Shown here: positions 62,790 to 64,000 of the stretch, one piece after another
Layout of the letters: each line of letters starts with the position of its first letter
Position numbering within the stretch: the first letter of the stretch is position 1
Virus record (IMG/VR): IMGVR_UViG_3300013121_000041
Coordinates: 1 to 64,000 of that record
Origin: a virus
Taxonomy: Duplodnaviria; Caudoviricetes
Length of the DNA: 64,000 bases
Reading direction: 5' to 3' (one strand)
Position numbers and translations under genes: made by a program
The notes under the pieces: generated by a model
The model's database searches: none
Seen by the model: only the letters and a program-made list of their open reading frames with translations
Told to the model about the DNA's origin: nothing

Positions 62790-64000
62790 CGGAGGTCATC
62801 GTCGAACGGGTGGATGAGAGTTTCATCAAGATCGATGCCCCAAGTTCCATCCTCATGGAATTGCGGGACAGATTTTCGTATGACCTACCGAAGGCAGAAT
62901 ACTTAAAACGGCGGAACAAGAAATATCGTTACTGGGACGGGAAGTTACGGATTTTCAAATTGCGGAGCCGGACGATTTACGCCGGTCTCGTTCATAAGGT
63001 CGCGGAATTCTGTAAAGAGCGTGGGTATGAGTTCATAGATCGCAGCGGCGTTTTTGTGGAAACGCCGGTATCCGTTCAAGCGGCGCGCGACGTCATGGCG
63101 ACCGTCGTCCCTTCACTTGAAGGGCGCGATTATCAATGGGAGACGGTGGCACATTGTCTGTCGGTGCGACGGGCCGTCATCGTTTCACCCACGTCGTCCG
63201 GCAAATCCGCCATCATCTACACGTTGACCAGACATCTGAATCTACGGACGCTCATCATCGTGCCGACGACCGGCCTCGTGCTCCAGATGGCCAAGGAATT
63301 CAATAATTATGCGACCGACTGGGGGACGTTCAAGGACGATATATCCATCGTCATGGAGGGATACTCGAAGGTTGACCTAAATCGGGTGGTTATCGGAACG
63401 TGGCAGTCGATCTTCCGGTTGCCGCACGAATGGTTCGATCGATTCGACGTCGTCATCATCGATGAGGCCCATCTGGCGAAGGCGGCATCTCTCGTTTCGC
63501 TGATGGAAAAATGTGTGAACGCTAACTGGCGTTTCGGTTTTACCGGCACGCTGGACGGTCTCGAAATTAATGAGATGGTCCTAGAAGGGCTGTTTGGCCC
63601 GCCTCGGGCGATCATCAAGACGCGGGAACTCATCGAACGGGAGTTCATCTCGACGATTGAAATTCGTTGTATGATATTTTCCCACACTCCGACCGACCGT
63701 CGGGCTATGGTCGGGGCATCATATCAGGACGAGATCAATTTCATCGTCGGGTGTGACGCGCGCAACGAGTACATTAAAGATTTGGCGATGGCCCTGCCGG
63801 GGAACACTCTCATCCTCTTTCAGTACGTCGAGAAACACGGGAAGATCATTTACGATAAGCTGAGGGCCGCCGGGGCCAAGACATTTTTCGTCGATGGTAG
63901 TGTATCCGCAGAGGAACGGGAGATCATCAGGGCGACGATGGAACGCGAAACCGGATGGATTCTCGTTGCCTCGTTCGGGACCACGTCGACCGGGTGGAAC
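62786..64000 (+). CDS. uvsW: UvsW DNA helicase (3' partial)
   Basis: Not in the ORF track. WDGKLR, RDYQ, SPTSSGKS, IVPT..LV.Q, TWQS, DEAH, GFTGT, LF.YVEKHG. Start is CTG 62786 (after GGAGGA) or GTG 62765. Confidence 0.92.
   Translation, partial: MTEVIVERVDESFIKIDAPSSILMELRDRFSYDLPKAEYLKRRNKKYRYWDGKLRIFKLRSRTIYAGLVHKVAEFCKERGYEFIDRSGVFVETPVSVQAARDVMATVVPSLEGRDYQWETVAHCLSVRRAVIVSPTSSGKSAIIYTLTRHLNLRTLIIVPTTGLVLQMAKEFNNYATDWGTFKDDISIVMEGYSKVDLNRVVIGTWQSIFRLPHEWFDRFDVVIIDEAHLAKAASLVSLMEKCVNANWRFGFTGTLDGLEINEMVLEGLFGPPRAIIKTRELIEREFISTIEIRCMIFSHTPTDRRAMVGASYQDEINFIVGCDARNEYIKDLAMALPGNTLILFQYVEKHGKIIYDKLRAAGAKTFFVDGSVSAEEREIIRATMERETGWILVASFGTTSTGWN

Overview
A 64-kb segment of a large T4-like myovirus genome. 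The host is probably an alphaproteobacterium (Rhizobiales-like), judged from a permuted two-piece tmRNA and GTTC-N7-GTTC LexA boxes. All protein calls come from motif recognition and gene order; no database search was run. 1-19.3 kb is the baseplate/tail/packaging core (gp8, 7, 6, 25, 5, hub, 53, 48, 4, 2, 54, 26/51, putative tape measure, Acb1/gp57B-like, gp17). 19-36 kb is a leftward accessory block: exonuclease, tmRNA, intein-containing DNA methyltransferase, radical SAM, glycosyltransferase, macrodomain, CHAP, Ung, spanins, RlpA, SAM decarboxylase. 36-37 kb is a regulatory and structured non-coding region. 37-64 kb is mostly rightward: GH19 endolysin, ADP-ribosylglycohydrolase, SerRS, Dcm, primase, ThyX, class II RNR, glycosyltransferases, YgiB/YgiC, gp3, UvsY, UvsW. 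Strongest finds: (1) an intact circularly permuted two-piece tmRNA with tag ANDNGVLNEVRLAA; (2) a likely programmed -1 frameshift (T TTT TTT) joining gp26 to a start-less gp51-like frame just upstream of the tape-measure candidate; (3) three LexA boxes next to a ~370-nt structured non-coding element with its own promoter; (4) a free-standing mini-protein resembling the Gol peptide of gp23; (5) a gp5 with about three peptidoglycan hydrolase domains; (6) a collapsed 'scar' copy of the serS-dcm locus.
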